Positions 38,385-50,208 of a stretch of DNA of 64,000 nucleotides are shown here, piece by piece. The notes under the pieces are model-generated. The model made no database searches. It saw nothing but the letters and a program-made list of their open reading frames with translations, and had not been told where the DNA came from. Position 1 is the first letter of the stretch. Each line of letters begins with the position of its first letter. The DNA is from Sphaerodactylus townsendi (lineage: Eukaryota): assembly GCF_021028975.2 (NCBI RefSeq), contig NC_059435.1, positions 32,488,001 through 32,552,000 of the forward strand. Direction: 5' to 3'. A program made the position numbers and the translations under genes.

Positions 38385-38483
38385 AACATATGACATCAGG
38401 TTTAGCTCAGCAGTAGATGCCTGTAACATATGACATCAGGTTTAGCTCAGCAGTAGATGCCTGTAAGCAGTAGATGCCTGTAA
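38385..38483. repeat. 40-bp tandem duplication plus partial third copy
   Basis: aacatatgacatcaggtttagctcagcagtagatgcctgt x2, then aagcagtagatgcctgtaa. Confidence 0.92.
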
Positions 38484-41400
38484 AACTCTGTTTTAAAGGT
38501 CTAGTGCATATAACATATGGAAGAAGGGATAGAATCACAGAATTCAGAGGGCAATGAGCTTCCTAATATGCTGTCAATAAAAATGAGTAACCCCAGATAA
38601 GCAACTTTGTGAGCAGGGTAGAAAGAACTGGGAAGGAAGATGGAGGAGTGTTATAGGATCCTTGTACTTTGCTTGTCTCTGATGATCTAAACCTGTACTT
38701 GTATTACAGGCTGAACGAACTGAACAGGAAAATGGGACTGAAAGGGTATGCCCAAGCCCCATGATGCTTCAGTTTTCTTAACTAGAAGCAAAATGGAAGT
38801 TGAAAATGCCTTATAATGACGAGCCTTGTTAAATACATCCTGATTTTATAAACTCCACAGTTGTTCCGTTGACTCCATTTAAGCAATGCTAGACGAACCA
38901 GCGACGGTTCTGGAGTTTCTAAAAGAAAATAAATAAATATGTATCTTGCACAGTTCTCTGACCTCTGCTAGTAAAGTCATAAATTACTTTCTTTGAATGA
39001 AAAATGACGCCATATTATTTTACTGGTATGCTATTACGGAAGAGAAACAAAGTCAGTTTTCATCAAATTATACCAGTAGAGTTTAAAATGATTCCATGTA
39101 CTTTAATTTACAGCTCAAGATCAGATACCAACAGCCTGTGCTACTTTCTAGTTCACATATAATGGAAGTAAAATGAATTTCTAGTAAGAGGTGACCCTAC
39201 AAGCACTTGTGGTCAGCTGCTCCACAGCTCAGCGTTCTCTTTAGTGCTCTCCTGAGGGAAAAAAACAGCTGAAAATGCAAGCTTTTTATGGTACAAAAAT
39301 GCCTCATTGTTTCTACCTTAAATCTATTTTATCATTCTAATAGCTTTTGGTATTGATCAACATACTATTATCCTATCAGATGTCATGTAGCACTTAAGCT
39401 GATAATGTTGGAACTAAAATGAAAAATGAATTGTGACTCACCTGATATGGGATATTTAATGTAGGCACTTAAGAAAACATTTCTACAAACAATAATACCA
39501 TCACATTCATTTCCTTCCTGTCTAGTATTACAGGAACTACTATCGCTAAGGGGGAGAAAACACATATGTATTTTCAATAGAAATCAAGGGAAATTTGGCA
39601 AGCAACTTTGTGAATAAAGGGTGATTCTCCTTCTTAAATATTTATAATTAGTGTAAACACTGTTTTTGCTAATGAAGACAGTCTGGACAATTTTGCACTT
39701 ATTTCCAACATTTGTACAGTTAGGGCCAGCAAAGCATATGAAATCTAATATATATATAAACTAAGCAAGGAATGAAAGTGCAATGTTTTCCTATCAATTT
39801 ATTTATTTCAAGCATGTGTATTTCAGTACTATACTGGACTTTTTTAATGCAAGAAATGTTTGCAAAATCAAAACAGTAAGAGTCTATGCACATTCAGAAG
39901 ATTGGATCAACATACAGTTGTCAGCGGTGTTGAAATGAAAGGTGGAAGAGGATATGACAGATGCTACTGACCTGAGGTTCTTAGCATTCAGTTTGTCAAC
40001 AGACAGATAAACAGAGACAAGAGGTCTGCAAGTGTAGGTGCATATTCCATTAAGGCCGGCAAGCTTATTAGAGAGCAAAACTGCCCAGTCCACTCAAATT
40101 AGGAGCAATTCAATGTCTCCTCATTTTTGTGACTGAAAGCAACCCACACCAGCTAATTGCTTTTTTGTGTTTTGTCCTGATAAAGGAATTAATCTACTGA
40201 ATTATTCTAGAGATAACGAATAATCCAAAATAAAATGAAGACATTCATAATTGTAGGTCATGCACAGTGGAATCAAATTTTGTAAGAGGAAACAAAACCA
40301 TATAAGGCTGAGTTGTGGAACTGGAGGTCCCCATTATTACAGGTAAAAAATGTAGGTACCGGTACAAGAACAAATGCCAGAATACAAGGAAAGAACTGGA
40401 AAGGTAGTGTTGGAGGTTCAAGAAAGTTGTGGGATATGGTTGAACTACTCAAATTTAAGTCAACTTAAATGTGGGGAAAATTATGTAGGTGTTGATGAGC
40501 TGCTATATACCAATTATCTCACATGTAGCAGATCTATAGGTAAAATCCTAAGCATTAAAAGTTGTTATTAATAGCCTTTCTTACTTGGACAAGATGAATT
40601 ACGATACTTGTAAACTTTCAGTCAATCAGTAAGCAGTTTACAAGATGTTACATTTGAATCTGACAGCAAAGATTCCTAGTAAAACAAAATAATTAGGCTG
40701 GGATTGTGGAATAGGGGGGAAATAAACAATGCTAAGTACTATTAGACTCAGCATACACTGTCATTTGAAACAATATAAAAATAAATGATTATATTATGGG
40801 TAGAGAGTCATGACATAATTCTGATCTTGTGATTATGGTAATTCTAAGACAATCTACTCAGAAGGTGATCCCATTTATTTAATAGTGGATTTTTTTAAAA
40901 AAATTATCTGTGCTGGTAGCCTTCAATTAGTAGGAAACCTCTCATTGGATCATATGAACTAAATGTGAACTGCTCAGCTCATGTGAATTGATCTATATAA
41001 ATATCATAAACAATGGGAAGCACTATTGATCATATCAGAGAGGCAAGCACAAATGAATCCATTTGATTCTAAAGACATGCGATGGGAGAGGAAGCAAGTC
41101 GGGGCAAGATTTCTTGTCCTGAAATTCAGGCTGAAGTGCTTCCTCTTGCCCTGCCTGTATTCTCTTTTTCTCTGTGGAAAGCAAGAGCACTTCTGAAGCA
41201 ACTTTTGCGCCAGAGCAGGGCAAGGGCGGGACAAAGCCGGAGGTGGGTTATTGGCCAATAACAAGTGCCTCTCAAATACTTGTCAATCTGAGCTGTGAAA
41301 ATGCCTTCATATCAAATACAGATATCAATTTTTAAGCAATAAATTTTCTGTACCTTTCCAAGAATAAAAAACTGGCTTTCCAGCATGAATCTGCTACATC

Positions 41401-41888
41401 TGAGGGGTTTTTTTTGTAGGGTACAGGGAGTGGGGACTAGGATAGGCATGTTAAAAGGTCTATGACTCATTTGTTATTTGGAAAACAGTGTACCAGAAGG
41501 AAGAAAAACTTCTAGGGCATCAATGTATTTTCTAATAAAGGTAGTTCCTAAATTAAGGTCCATGAAAAAAAACAGTCATCAAGAGCAAAGATGGACCTGC
41601 CTACCTATACCTATGAATCTTTGTAAAGGGATTGATTCAACAACAGCCAACTACCAAAAAAAAAACAAAAAACCTCTAGCGTGAACCAAAACCATTCCAA
41701 GAATTAATTATAATGTAGTTAGGTTAATTAAAATAATTATTTGTTTTTAAAATAGTAGGTGCTCTTTTATGGCACGTTCATACTTCATTATGTGATTCCC
41801 TTCACTGCTTTCTTGGTATCGCACACCTAAAGTTATATCATTAAGTCCAAATCACTCCAGTGCTTCAGGTTCTCCCTCCCACTCCAGG

Positions 41889-42018
41889 GCACATGCAGAA
41901 TAATGCACTTTCAATCCATTTTCACAATTGTTTGCAAGTGGGTTTTGCTATTCTGCACAGTAAAATCCAACTGCAAACTGCATTGAAAGTGCATTATTCT
42001 GCATGTGCGGAAGAGGCC
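41889..42018. mobile_element. Short palindromic MITE (Harbinger-like), left end eroded
   Basis: Perfect 27-bp inverted arms gcacatgcagaataatgcactttcaat (41889-41915) and its reverse complement (41982-42008). Right end gaagaggcc. Confidence 0.75.
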
Positions 42019-45000
42019 TAGGTCGAATATTGGTTCAGACATTCAACTAGGTTTTGAGAGCAGTTTCTTTTTAACGTGAGTTTTCTTCTGAAATCTCTGC
42101 ATGTTTGGATAGGTGAGTCTGCTTCCAAAGAATGTTTAGTGATGTATCAGCAATTCACCGCAGACTTGCAATTTATTCAGATGTCCTTCCCACTATAGGA
42201 GAAAGAAATAACCTGACATGCTAATGGATAGGTTTCTATTTAAACAAAAAGGTAGGAAAGGAGAGGGGGAGAGTTTAAGAAATAGCCTTTTAAAACCATG
42301 TTTTGACTTTCCCTCCTTGAATTCCCCTGACAAAAGTCATGAGAGAGGTGACAGGAAACCCAACATTAATTCTGCAAGTTCTAACTAGATATGCAGGACA
42401 ATCTAAGTGTAAGGAATGGAAGAGGAATGCAGAGCAAATAGGCAATTATTTGGAGTAGAAGAATTCTGTGCCTGATGATGAGCTGCCTGTTTCAGGTCTC
42501 CAATATTGGTTCTGCAGAGACTGTAATCTTGTATGGTGATGCCTGCATTCAATCTTAATGCCTGATATTGAGTGATGGGAAGCTACAGGGATTCATGTGA
42601 GATTCACTGTTAATGGGTTTAACTCAATTGGTGTGCTGGCCTTGGAGATTTCATAAATATGAAGCCTATTCTACGTGATGAGAATAACATCCAGTCAATG
42701 CGCACGAGGCTCATCTTGCTGTTAATAAGGTGCTCTTTTGCCGTAGTTTTGGCTTTTAATGTTGTGCCCTTTCACTATCCACCAAATGCAAAAAGTCTCT
42801 ACAGAGGAGAAAGATAATAGCAGTGAAAGACTGTTCAAAGACTAATCAGAATGGTGGCAGGAATGAACTGTGACACATCATATTTTTGACAGCATGAAAG
42901 GGAAGTCCTTGATAGGCATTGTGGTGATGCAGATGGTGTGTATTAGATAATGAAGCCTGAAACAGAGAGTGGGTTGGATCAAAATGACTGTGAGCCAAGC
43001 TCCACTTGGGAAACATAACTTTCCAGCCTATTTCTCTCACTTTAGCCAACTGTGCCTCTGAAAACTGCCCTGGGCTTTAAGGGAGCTCTCAGGTATAATG
43101 ATGTATCCAACCTGGAGGTCTGCAGCGAAAAGGAAGAACTGGTGAAAACTGCCCCATTCCTCCTCCATTAGGGTAAGTGCCCTTCCTCTTGTGGAAAATG
43201 ACCTTCAAGTACCATTGGTTAACAGGTTGTTAGTTATTTACTGTGGGAATAAAGAAAGTCAACAAAGAAGGTGGCAGGCAATGGAAACAAGGAAGCGGTG
43301 GCCAGGCAGTAGTTCTACCAGTTCTGTTGTTACATTAAACATGATCTGGAAGGCTTTAAAAAAATTAGCAGTGAAGATCTATCTATCTTTAATCCAGTGA
43401 AAAAATGCTTGACCAAAGATGGAAAACAAGCAAACAAACAAAATGTGCCAAAAGTAGGTTGCAAGGAAGCAAACAAGGCAGTGGCGGGCTGGCAAAATGG
43501 TGGACTGTCTCATCTCATTTAGGGATGCTTTGCAGCATGAGACTTCCATTTGGAATGGAAAACTGAAGGGAAATGCAACTGTGAAGCAAACAGCGCTACT
43601 TCACAAACAGTAAGTGCACAAAAGGCCTGTAATTTCCCTTTACTCAAATCACAATGTGTTTAAACAGGAAATTTTCTTCATTCAATCCTATCCATTTTTC
43701 CTCCCTATGACAACCCTCATCTTACATGGCCATTATACAAGCAGGTCCCAAGATTCTCAGCGTAGGCTTTTTTTGGTGGCCAAAAAGGACCTCTCCTTCC
43801 ATTTTCACTAGCAGAAAAACTGGTTGGATCTAACCCAATATTTTGTTGCTGGGAAAATTAAATTGTCACATAATGTGCCAAATTATAATCTCACATAGAA
43901 ACAAGCATCTAAGCAACAACAAAATAGCTTAATCATGACTGTAAGTGGCCATCCAAACAGCATATTAAGGCATGTTCTTGGAGCAGTTCCCCACAGAGAA
44001 AAGAGGCTGTTGGAAATGGAGTTGGAAATATTGTTGGTCACTGTTTCCGTGCATTCACAGATAGGGCTAATCCAGGCAGAAAACAGGTCCATATACTCCT
44101 GGAAGGAGAATTGTGTGAGGTTCTGCTGATTCTCTGCTCCTGATCAACTTCGCTACGAAAAGATTTGAAAACACAATCAACCTGCTTTTTTTCAATTTAT
44201 TTTTGTGGATGTGAGCTTTCAACCCAGCCTATCACAAAAAGCTTTAATATACCAGTATGCAGAACTCAAATAAAGATCTATGGGCGATACAAAAGTTCAA
44301 CACACCATGCTAGATAGGTTGCTTCATGAAAACAAGAGAAACATTGGAATTCTTTGGGAGGGCAAAAAATGCTACTTAAAATTTTCTAAAAATCTTGACA
44401 AACTGAGGCTGAATCCAAATTTTACCAGGTTTTTTCTAACTTGCACACTCCTACTTGTCATGAGACTGGACCTGTCAGAGTACTGAATCTTGAAGGTATG
44501 GCTCCTTTGAGAGACTCTGTGTGAAGAATTATGACCAAACTTTCCCAAAGATCTGGGGCAAAGAACAACTAAATGCACTGGATTTAAAAACTATACTATA
44601 CTATGTATGAAAATTATTACATCTTTTTCACATACAGGATATTGTTCTTTAACTGACCAATATATTGTTTAAAGTTGCACTTTTAATGTTATTTTTCTTA
44701 CATTGTGTGGATTGTTACACTTCTAAATTGCCTGTGAGGAACCTCAAGCATAAGGGGAATAATGTTTTAAATAAATAAGAATCTACCACTAAGTATCAAA
44801 ACTGAACAACAAACCGTCAGATAACTAAAACATTAACATAGACTTGGCTATGGACCAGTAATCTTACTGGACCAATGATCTGACTCTGTGAAAGGCAGCT
44901 TTGTATATTCACCAGTTCTGAACACTGTATTGAGATTCACAACACAGTCGCCCAGTAAGCTTCATGAAAAAGTTAGGATTTTAACCCAGGTTTCCCAAAA

Positions 45001-46225
45001 CTTTAGATAGATTGATAGATCCATCCATGCATCCATGCATCCATCCATCCAGACAGACAGACACTAAAAACTGATCAACACTCCCTACTGAACACCCAAC
45101 CTTTCTTTGTGAAGATATTTTCCAAGTGACTCTCACTTTGGGTCTCTTCTGTTTTATACCTGAGAATAGACTTCAGAAATGCAGTTTTCTCTTCCATCCC
45201 TTAGGAAGACAATAAAAAAGAATTCCTGCACAAAACTGGGATATTCGCAGACTGACACTCTCATATATTTCCTTAGCAGCTATGCCACATTAGCCTTGAT
45301 TCTCCATTTTATTCTTCCATACAAGAAAAAACTAAGCCTCTGCTTACTGGCAGAAGTGGTTCTTTTGACTTTTTCAAATCCACTGTTGGATTCAATTCCT
45401 CAAGTTTCTCAACAGGTATCCGCACTGCCAAAGCAGACTGTGTCTCCAACCATCTATTAGAGAAGGTTCATATAGAGCCAAAATACAATATTACTCAACT
45501 TTGTTTTTTGGGGTTGTATAAACAAATTCCATCCATCCCTGTGATGGAGTTTACTTTCATGGACTGATCAACGTGACTGTATATTCTGTTGGGATCTTGT
45601 ATATAATAGACTGCTGGTAAGCATCTTTGACATACATCATGAAACACCCAAAGAAATAAGATAATATTTGTGCAACTGCTTCATTTCAGGAAAGCCCCTC
45701 TACAGGTGCCAGCTAGGAAAGAAGGAAACAAAATCAATAACAATGCAACTACATTATTACATTAATCATAACAGCTGGCCAATTGTTCTGAATTCCCACA
45801 ACCATGTACTGTTTATTGAATGGATGATATTGTTTTTACTGCATTTTCTTCTGACAGTCCAAGTGTTTGCATTGTCTATGCATTTTTTCTTATTTTGAAA
45901 TCTGCCCTGAGTCTCAGAAAGATGGACTACAAAATAAATAAAAATGTTCCCTCAGTCAAAAATTTAATTTCTAGTTATTCCAGAGAACTGTGAACAATGA
46001 CACTAAGAAAACAGTAATGATGGACTCCCCTCCCCCCCAAGACAAAAAAATAAAGAAAAAGAGGAGAATCACAAGGAATTTGTGGGGAGAGGTCATCCCA
46101 TCCCTACTGCCTTTGATCCCCTCATCTCCCCTTTCTCCTACCCTTCTCTATCACTCCTGTTTCTCTTTGTAGGGATTTCTCACAGAGAGATCTCATCCCA
46201 TCCTTTTATATTATTTCACCCTTCA

Positions 46226-46516
46226 GAAGTCAGCGTGGTATAGTGGTTAAGAACAGGTGGATTCTAAACTGGAGAACCATGTTTGATTCCCCACTCCTCC
46301 ACCTGAATGGCAGAGGCTTATCTGGTGAACCAGAAGTGTTTCCACACTCCTACGTTCCTACTGGGTGACTTTGGGCTAGTCACAGTTCTTCAGAACTCTC
46401 TCAGCCCCACCTACCTCTCAAGCTGTCTGTTGTGGAGAGAGGAAGGGAAAGGAGCTTGTAAACCATCTCCTTACAGGAGAGAAAGGTGGGACATAAATCC
46501 AAACTCTTCTTCTTCT
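46226..46516 (+). mobile_element. tRNA-derived squamate SINE (Squam3-like)
   Basis: A-box tggtatagtggttaag, B-box-like gtttgattcccc, core ctgggtgactttgggctagtcaca, and (ctt)n tail. Confidence 0.85.
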
Positions 46517-46854
46517 TTTCCCTTCCTTGGGATACCCCACCTTGGGATACCCCACCTACCTTTATTTCCTTGCTCCCTACCTATCCCTTTTTAACCCCTC
46601 CTCATTCTCTTGTCCCACCTCTCCATAATGGCTATGTAGTCTCTTATCTTCCCCACCCACTTGCTTTCTTGCTTGTCAGCCAACTCAGCTGTCCACTTTG
46701 TTGTACCACAGCCACCTCCGCCAGCCAGGCTCATACTCATGGCAGTACCTCCTCCCATTTCCACTGGTTCCTACTGCAACTCTACTGCCATCGGAGCCCT
46801 TCGGGGATCGGGCGGTATAAAAGCCGAATTAATAAATAAATAAAATAAATAAAT

Positions 46855-47066
46855 CAGAGGCAGAGCAAGGGGAAACTGCACCTGGAGGGCGCACATGCCC
46901 TGCACCCTTGCTGCAGTGTTGCCCGCCCCCGCCCCACCCCAGAATACTCCCAGAATGCCCTGGAATACCCACCAATTCCCCCTCGATGTTCCAGCCATGC
47001 CTCCACCACTGCTCCACCCGGATCGTCGCTCCTCCCTGCCCCCGTCCCGTGGGTGATACGCCACTG
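46855..47066. mobile_element. GC-rich hAT MITE
   Basis: Ends cagaggcagagc / gatacgccactg. TSD ACTGCCAT (46784-46791 and 47067-47074), with a short L2-like tail wedged at the left junction. Confidence 0.75.
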
Positions 47067-47507
47067 ACTGCCATTCTCCCTTACTTATACTCCTTCATCG
47101 TTTCTTCCCTGCCATTTTCTCCTCCATGCAGAGGCTGCCTTTGCCAGTCCTTTGTCTTTCTCTTCCTTGTTCTCCCTCCCCCAACAGTTCCTGTCAAATG
47201 CGCGCCACGCACGCATACGCGCACGCGCACACACACACACTCTTTCTTGTTCTGTTCTCCAAAGCCATCTGACACAATCCTGTGACATAGATTAGGCTGA
47301 AAGTATGTGACTGGTCAAAATTTACCCAGGGAGCTTTTACAGCAACATGGGGATTCAAGCTAGGTTTCCCAGACCCTACTTTGAAGCTCTAACTGCTAAA
47401 CCATACTGATTATGATAGTATGGCTGCTGTACAGTAGCAAGTAGCCAGACTTAGGTGGGTCAAGCAAATCAGGTGGCAGCAAGTCACTCAGTGGTTGCTT
47501 CCAGGTC

Positions 47508-47708
47508 TAGAGTTGCCAACCTTCAGGTTGGACCTAGATATCTCCAAGAATTACAACTGAACTCCAGAGATCTGATCCCCTGGAGAAAATTATTGTTTTG
47601 TGGGTTAGAATCTATGGCACTATATTTGGCTCCCTTTCCCAAACCCTGCCCTCTTCAGGTTCTACCACTAAATCTTTAAGGATTTCCCCATCTGGACCTA
47701 GCAACCCT
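47508..47708. mobile_element. hAT/Tip100-like MITE
   Basis: TIRs tagagttgccaac / ctagcaacccta. Confidence 0.65.
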
Positions 47709-47837
47709 AGAACTTAGGCCCAGTCCAAATGAGCTCTCCCTCAAAGGCCAAAATAGCCCTAGAAATGGCCCTGTCACCATCCCCCTGCCTTTTACTAGCA
47801 GAACCAAGTTTGCAATCTGTGGCTGCCTAACAACGGC

Positions 47838-47891
47838 CACTGAGGGAATCTATTCCACTGAGGGAATCTGTTCCACTGAGGGAATCTGTTC
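47838..47891. repeat. 18-bp minisatellite, three copies
   Basis: ccactgagggaatct(a/g)tt repeated three times. Confidence 0.9.
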
Positions 47892-48577
47892 TTTAAAGTG
47901 TGAGGTGGTCCTTTTATCATTTTGGGTTTTTTAACCCCCACCCCAATTATTTATTAGATTTCACATTTTTCTGCAAAGCTAGGTTTGTAGAAAGATCAGG
48001 TTTGTAGAAAGATCTATCTTGCCCATTCACAGTTCAAGTCACTTGATTTAACTGTCCTCAGTGATTTACCAGGAGCAGGAAACAGAAAATAAATAATGGT
48101 ATGAATGAATCATGCATAGTTGCCAGAGCTCTGGTCTACCCTTCAGAAACAACCTTCTTTTGCATTCTCTGTATCATTGCCCTAGACCACCTTTTCAACT
48201 GTGCACCAAATCAATCATTGTATCACTTGATAAATAGCATACAGATAATATACTTATTCAGCCTTTCTCCTATCATGACAAAATACATGCATCCCCTTGT
48301 CAGTAGTATCAGAGAGCCTACGCAATATTGACTAAAATACTTACAAGATATGAAGAGATACAAGGTGCTTTCAAAGGTATTACAGATAATATTATTAGCT
48401 GTTGCTTTAATCTGGTAAAGTGTGTAAGGCATTTATAGTATCAATTTATTACTAACTCCACCAAAAGATTCAGGTTCAGAAGGCGTACGTCCTTTTGCGT
48501 TGAAATCACAAGGTAAAGTTAATACTTCTAAAATATCCACGCTTTCTGCATGTTAGATACAACACTGAAGCAATAGG

Positions 48578-48785
48578 AAAGGCCATAAGTCAGTGGTGGA
48601 AGATCTGCTTGGTCTGCACAAAATCCCAGGTTCCATCCCTGGCATGTCCAGTTAAAAAGATCAGATAGAACATGATGTGAAAGATGACTGCCTGAAACCC
48701 TGGAAACACTGCCAGTCAGAATAGACAAAACTGGCCTTTGTATACCAAGGATTTGACTGGGTATAACACAGTTTCATGAGCATTC
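48578..48785 (+). mobile_element. tRNA-derived SINE with CR1-type tail (Squam2-like)
   Basis: tcagtggtggaa...cccaggttccatccctggca head and gaaaccctgga...tgccagtcagaatagac...gtataa tail. Confidence 0.7.
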
Positions 48786-50070
48786 ATAAGCTTCTAAACA
48801 CGCATACATTTCTTAGAATCTGAAAATCCTTCAAATTAATTCTTCTAGACTGGAAGTGATTGTTACTTTAGCAGACTTTTAGATTTAAACTCTAGTGGTC
48901 ACAACGTCTATTCATAATCCATAATCCATAGGGGGTGTGGAGGGTTAAGTTGCATTGAAAGTGGTGGAAGGCTGTACTGGCATTTGTGACCCTGGCACCG
49001 AGGAACTTACCCTGGCGACCAGCTGCCACAGCACCCAAACCCGGAAGATGGACCCTAAAGTGCCACTGCAAATGCTTCCACTTGCTTGGAAAGGAGCAAA
49101 GATGACTTTGGTTGGCTCTCAATGCACTTTCATCCCAGCAACACCCCCTTCCAGAGGCACAAAGTTATGCCACCAGAACAGGTAGCATAAGTCATTTATT
49201 TTTACTATGGGCTTTCCAAGGGAAGGAGTTTCTTTTCTCCCACAGCACCTGTGCAGCTGGTTGCCATTTTGGAAGCAGCATGGTGGTGTCATCCCTGTAG
49301 TAGTAATGGGAGATTTCAACTAATATTTTTTGGAAGTCAATCAGAAAAAGTCAATAACATTTTGGTGATTTTGATCCATAGAAATGTTCCCACAGTAGTA
49401 AACATTATTGAATGTTTTGGCAACTTTGCTCCTAAATCTTGCATATTCCTCTGACTTGAAAATAGAATTTTAAGATTTCTACCTAACTCTAATGCTACTG
49501 ATGATGTTGTATGCAATTTATTTGGTGCTTATATTTGCGGAAAATCAATCTGTAAAGCCCTCCTTTATTAATACAGGTCATTCTACAGAATCCTAACATT
49601 GATTGATCTCCATTCTTGACTTTTCTTAAAAAGGTCCCTGGTGTGGTGAAGAAGCTAACTAGGAACTAATATGCATTGTAATCCCTCATATATTTTCTTG
49701 TTCAGACAAATGAAAGTTGGCAAATGTTTTGCTCAAGGAAATTACTTGTGTTACAATGAAATAAAAACATGGTATTATCACTCTTCCTTATACTGATAGA
49801 GCTTTTAGAGAGTTTGTGTTTTCTCTTTTTCTGGTAAAATATTTCCCCTAAAGTTAAAGCTCATTTGTTATACCTGGTTTAGTGCTACTGGAATGTGGTT
49901 GTAATGTGAGTTTGCAAGATGTTTGTCAGCTGTCAGAAGCTGATATGCCAGAAAGCTTAAAAGCTGGGAAAAGTGTACAAGTAAAAGGATTTTAATCATT
50001 TGTTGAGTCTTCCTAATGGCCAATGTAATGGATAGGGTTATGGCTATCAGTGTTTTTTTTTAAAGGCTCT

Positions 50071-50208
50071 TAGAATCATGGAATCATAGAGTTGGAATAG
50101 AAAACAAGGACCATGCAGGAATACATAATCACCCCCTATCATGCGGGAATACACAATCACACTCTTGACAGGTGGCCATCCAGCCTCTGTTTAAAAACCT
50201 CCAAAGGA
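50071..50208 (-). mobile_element. CR1 3' terminus
   Basis: tagaatcat.gaatcatagagttggaa tail and gacaggtggccatccagcctctgtttaaaaacctcca. Confidence 0.8.

Noticed and set aside
38385-38483. CRISPR-like repeat array (also 47838-47891)
   Set aside because: Head-to-tail tandem duplications with no unique spacers, in a eukaryotic context with no cas genes.
46226-46300. tRNA gene
   Set aside because: A and B boxes are present, but there is no cloverleaf and it continues into a SINE body.
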